From positions 3,658,001-3,722,000 of the forward strand of contig NC_059438.1 in assembly GCF_021028975.2 (NCBI RefSeq): DNA of 64,000 nt. The letters run 5' to 3'. The notes beneath the pieces were generated by a model that searched no databases, was not told the DNA's origin, and saw nothing but the letters and a program-made list of their open reading frames with translations. Shown piece after piece: positions 62,795 through 64,000 of the stretch (the stretch's first letter is position 1; each line of letters begins with the position of its first letter). Made by a program: the position numbers and the translations under genes. The DNA is from Sphaerodactylus townsendi. Lineage: Eukaryota.

Positions 62795-64000
62795 ATAAAG
62801 TTCTTAAAATGGACGCCAGGAGATGTTGCAGACTCAGTTGGGTGACAGGGTGACAGCTACAACTCTATTGTCAAATTGTATGACAGACTCCTGAGACAAA
62901 GACACAAAAGTAGATCTTGTCCCTGTGAAAATCTGTAGACAGAGTAGTTCTATTCCAGAACATGTGGGTCCTCTGTGAGGCAGGGAGTAGTGAGAAAAGA
63001 TGAGAATTTTTATATAGTCCACTTGATGCCCCCACACTAGATTTTATACCATCTCCGGCACTGCCCTGTATTACATCTTTATTTCTGGCATTGCTGGTCC
63101 TCTCCTGGCCTTAGGATTGGATGCCGTTGATAGATTAATATGGGTTTTATGATAATGCTGCTATTGTGTTTTTAAGGGATTTTAATGTCAGAGAAGACAC
63201 TGCTGAACTAGATGGACTGATAGACAGAGGGCAGCTTCATGTATTGTTAAGGTCTCCTTGGCTGTGCCCTGGTTCATCTCCTACTTCGCACACCAAAAGT
63301 CCCAGCTTCAGGCTCCAACTTGCCCTGTCAAAGGATTTCAAAGAGCAGGGGGTGGAAAGGACTTTTTTATTTCAAAGAGTTTGAGTGGATCCATCAGCGT
63401 TTTATAGAAGGCAACTTCATATGATGTTGGTTCTGAAAATATATAATTAGCAACAGAATCACACAGGCTTTCGACATTTCGAAAACAAATATTCTGATGC
63501 GGAAGAGAATGCATACATTTGCACTGACATACAGAGGAAGAGGTTGTGCCACATGGGAATGCCACCACAGCGCAGCCATTTCTACGCAGGGGGGCTGCAA
63601 CATTAAAACCAGCCCTAAATGAGTTTGCCGAAACCTTGAAAGAAGAACAAAGTGTGCCAAGTTTGCTTTCAATTGCTAGATCAACTTCTCCTTAATAAAT
63701 AGCAAGTCTCTTCATCAAAGCGCTGAACTCTGTGCTTTGGCTCCCTCATAATCAAGAAGCATTTGGGTGTTTTGAAAGATGTTGCTGTCTTCCCGTAATG
63801 AGATGCATGCAGTTTCATGACCCTCCCGAGTTCTTTTTGAGAACTCCTTGGAAACAGCTGCCGCTTTCTCACAGAGGAATGTGAAGCGTAACCCCGCCAA
63901 TTTACTGAATTATTTATTAGATATGAGGAATAAATAAAAGTCTGGGAGTGAATACGAGAGAGTGAGAGAGTTAGCCATTCAGTGTTTTCTTCTTCACAGA

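Overview
This is eukaryotic vertebrate DNA, not prokaryotic. The repeat complement points to a squamate reptile, most likely a gecko (inference): MIR/CORE-derived Squam3-like SINEs with (TTC)n tails, Sauria-type and 5S-derived SINEs, CR1, L2, RTE-X, Rex1/Babar, Penelope-like elements, and hAT and Harbinger MITEs. I found no host protein-coding gene I can support. The window looks like a large intron or gene desert, and nearly all ORF-track entries are spurious or are transposon fragments. Recognisable coding remnants are all mobile-element derived: a Ty3/Gypsy integrase C-terminus plus chromodomain with its 3' LTR (1-760), two 5'-truncated RTE-X-like LINEs with 12-bp TSDs, a Rex1/Babar RT fragment, L2 and CR1 fragments, and a Penelope GIY-YIG C-terminus. 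The most notable non-coding structures are: minimal hammerhead ribozyme motifs in Penelope-like elements, one embedded in a perfect 38-bp palindrome; a non-autonomous Helitron carrying a strong CTCF motif; a solo LTR; an orphan 67-nt near-perfect hairpin; a multi-family set of young Harbinger MITEs; and several repeat-free blocks that look like conserved enhancers. There are three assembly gaps and some indel-rich stretches that may be unpolished long-read gap fill. Family names come from motif recognition only; no database search was run. Coordinates of older, decayed repeats are approximate.
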